NCBI GenBank assembly: GCA_963750165.1
Contig: CAVVPN010000012.1
Coordinates: 384,001-448,000 of the forward strand
Direction: 5' to 3'
From: an uncultured Gemmataceae bacterium
Lineage (GTDB): Bacteria > Planctomycetota > Planctomycetia > Gemmatales > Gemmataceae
Length of the DNA stretch: 64,000 bases
Shown here in pieces: positions 61,743 to 64,000 of the stretch. A program made the position numbers and the translations under genes. Numbering within the stretch: the first letter of the stretch is position 1; the number at the start of each line of letters is the position of its first letter. Below the pieces are notes generated by a model. That model ran no database searches. It saw only the letters and a program-made list of their open reading frames with translations, and was not told the origin of the DNA.

Positions 61743-64000
61743 TTAACGGAACAGGCCCACGTAGAAGCTGAAGACCTGCGTGCGGTCGTTGGGGCCGCGG
61801 ACAATCGGGAAGCCGAAGTCCAGCGCGATCGGCACCGGGCCGAGCATCGGCACGATGACGCGCGCGCCGAAGCCGGCCGAGACGCGGTAGTCGTTGATCG
61901 ACAGCCGATTCTCCACCGTGCCCGAGTCCACGAACGCCACCATGTACAACTGATCGTTCGCCTTGATCGGCACCTGATATTCCAGGCTGTTCAGCCACAT
62001 GAAGTCGCCGCCGATCATGAAGCCATCGACGTTCGGGCTGACACCGCGGAACTGGAAGCCGCGGATGCTGTTGAAACCGCCCGCGAAGAAGCGCTCGAAC
62101 ACCGGTGCGTCGGCCCCCGCCAGCGAGAACTGCGACCGTGCCGCCAGCACATGTTTGCCGCTGCCGTCGGGCCGCTGATACGTCGTGAAGTAGCGCGTCG
62201 CCTCCATGTTGACGATCGGGAAGGTGTAGGTGCCCAGCACCTGCTCCACCGACCCCTCCAGGATACCGCCCTCCGTCGGTCGCAGGATCGAGTTGCGGTC
62301 GTCGCGCGTCACCGTGACGCGCGGCCCGACCAGAATGCTGTTGCCCTGGTAGTTGGTGATCTGCGGCGGCGCGTACGCCGGGATGGCGAAGATGTCCACC
62401 TGCTCAACGCGCAACGAGCCGGTGATGCTCCAGAAGCGGTTGATCTGGTGGCCCAGCGCCAGCCGGGTGCCGATTCGTCGCTCCTCGTATTCGTTGTAAA
62501 TGCGGTCGAAGTAATAGACGCTGGCCATGAAGCTGATCGGCTTGTCGAGCAGCATGGGCTCGCGGAAGCTGACGCTGTAGCGCTGCAACTGGGTGCCCGG
62601 CACCGCCTCGGCCCGGAACTCCTGGCCGCCGCCGCGCCACGCCTTGCCGCTGAACAGGTCCGCCAGGCTCGTCGGCGGCCGGCCGATGTCGAAATTCTTC
62701 TCGTTGAGCACGATGCTGCCGACCAGGCCGGCGTTCGAGTTGACGCCGACGCCGAACATCAAACTGCCCGTCGGCTGCTCCTTGACGAGCACGGTGATCG
62801 GCTTGAAATCGTTGTCGCTCTCGCCCACCTCAATGGTCGGCTTGACGCCCGTCTCCGCGTTCGACTCGAACAGGCCGAGCCGCTTCAACTGGTTCTCGCC
62901 GTCGCGCACCAGCGGGTAGCTCAGTGTCTGACCGGGATAGAGCTGCAGCACGCGCAGAATCACGCGCGCCTTGGTCACCTCGTTGCCCTTGATCTCGATG
63001 GGGCCCACCTTGGCCTGCCCCTGCTCCACCACGTCATAGTGGACGTTGATTAGGCCCGGGTCCAGGTTCGCCGGCTTGAACACCTTCTTTTCGACCGTCA
63101 CCTTGTAGCCGCGCCAGCCGTACAGGTCGGCGATGTTGTGCACGTCGGCCTCGGCGATGAAGTCGTTGTACAGATCGCCCTTCTTCAGCTTCAGAATGCT
63201 GGTGACCTGCTCGCGGGGCAGGAGCTTGGTGCCCTCGACGGTCACGTCCTGCACGCGGTAGCGCACGCCCTCGTGGATGTGGAAGACCACGTCCACGTTC
63301 TTGAGGTCGTCGGTGAACAGCAGCTCGCGCGACACCCGGGCGTCGCGGTAGCCATTGTTCCAGTAATACTCCTGCAGCTTGGCCACGTCACTGTCCAGGA
63401 TGATCGGGTTGAACGGGCCGACGAGCAGCTGGATGCCCAGTAAGGCGCCGCTGGAATCGATCTGCGTGCCCAGGCGGTTGCCCGTGGCCAGGTCGCGGTT
63501 GCCCTCGAAGCTGATGTTGCGCACCTTGACCACGTGGCTCTCGGTGACGTTGAAGACGACACGGCGGTCGCCGGGCTTGCCGCCCTCCTCCAGCTTGACG
63601 GTGGAAAAAATGCGGCCGAGCTTCTTGTAGTGCTCCTGGATGTCGAAGCACGCTTTCTGGTTCAGGGCGGGGTTGAGCGGCAGGCCCTTTTTGATGCTGG
63701 TGATGCCCTCCAGGTCTTCCTGCGACAGGTGGTGGGCGTTCTTGTAAACGACCTCCTGCACCAGGTTGGGGTACTCCTCGACGATGATGTGGAGGACCAG
63801 CCGGCCGTCCTGGGTGGGCTGTTCCATGACGCGGATGGGCCGGACCAGTTTGGAGTTGGCCAGGCGGTTGAAGTCTTCCTGGAGCACGGCGCGGTTGAAC
63901 TCGCGGCCGGCCTGGGTGCGGAGGTGGGCCTTGATCTGGTCGGCCGGCACCGAACGATTGCCGTCGATGAACACCTCGGCCACGATGGGCGAGGTGGGTT
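61743..64000 (-). CDS. bamA: Outer membrane protein assembly factor BamA/Omp85 (POTRA domains and barrel; 5' end outside window)
   Basis: POTRA repeats (V..I.FEGN, I.IKGNEVTK..VILR), VKEQPTGS, FFAGGFNSIRGF, FVDSG, GPVPIALDFGFP, C-terminal FSFYVG. Confidence 0.92.
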   Translation of the reverse strand, partial: PTSPIVAEVFIDGNRSVPADQIKAHLRTQAGREFNRAVLQEDFNRLANSKLVRPIRVMEQPTQDGRLVLHIIVEEYPNLVQEVVYKNAHHLSQEDLEGITSIKKGLPLNPALNQKACFDIQEHYKKLGRIFSTVKLEEGGKPGDRRVVFNVTESHVVKVRNISFEGNRDLATGNRLGTQIDSSGALLGIQLLVGPFNPIILDSDVAKLQEYYWNNGYRDARVSRELLFTDDLKNVDVVFHIHEGVRYRVQDVTVEGTKLLPREQVTSILKLKKGDLYNDFIAEADVHNIADLYGWRGYKVTVEKKVFKPANLDPGLINVHYDVVEQGQAKVGPIEIKGNEVTKARVILRVLQLYPGQTLSYPLVRDGENQLKRLGLFESNAETGVKPTIEVGESDNDFKPITVLVKEQPTGSLMFGVGVNSNAGLVGSIVLNEKNFDIGRPPTSLADLFSGKAWRGGGQEFRAEAVPGTQLQRYSVSFREPMLLDKPISFMASVYYFDRIYNEYEERRIGTRLALGHQINRFWSITGSLRVEQVDIFAIPAYAPPQITNYQGNSILVGPRVTVTRDDRNSILRPTEGGILEGSVEQVLGTYTFPIVNMEATRYFTTYQRPDGSGKHVLAARSQFSLAGADAPVFERFFAGGFNSIRGFQFRGVSPNVDGFMIGGDFMWLNSLEYQVPIKANDQLYMVAFVDSGTVENRLSINDYRVSAGFGARVIVPMLGPVPIALDFGFPIVRGPNDRTQVFSFYVGLFR

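Overview
High-GC (~70%) chromosomal window from a planctomycete, most likely Gemmataceae. This is inferred from the DUF1559/H-X9-DG cassettes, DUF1501, the planctomycete-type WD40 proteins and the rpmA context. Core or housekeeping content: the end of a CzcA-type RND pump, rpmA, an HU/IHF protein, dnaG-rpoD-zinc ribbon, a second sigma-70 factor, a NagD-type HAD, Trm112, a Tro/Mnt metal ABC operon with a DtxR-domain fusion, an ADP-ribosylglycohydrolase, an ECF sigma/anti-sigma pair, a Cys/Met PLP enzyme, FIST, a transglutaminase and most of bamA. Accessory content: two very large uncharacterised proteins, tandem WD40 paralogs and three DUF1559+lipoprotein cassettes. I found no tRNA, rRNA, CRISPR array, transposase or integrase. 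About ten families of REP/MITE-like hairpins occupy intergenic gaps. Some supply stop codons, one is nested in another, and two sit in frame inside a gene. Eleven apparent frameshifts in ten genes all map to observed or reconstructed GCGC tracts, so they are probably sequencing artefacts rather than pseudogenes. Best novelty candidates: (1) an ECF module with mirrored promoter motifs facing three Lys/Asp/Glu-rich lipoproteins, two of them under 50 aa and missed by the ORF track; (2) a ~185-nt rod-like RNA starting at the predicted TSS upstream of the second sigma-70 gene; (3) a shared promoter and leader motif upstream of the DUF1559 cassettes; (4) a Cys-rich RAPP-motif ORF upstream of a YHS-like metal-binding protein.
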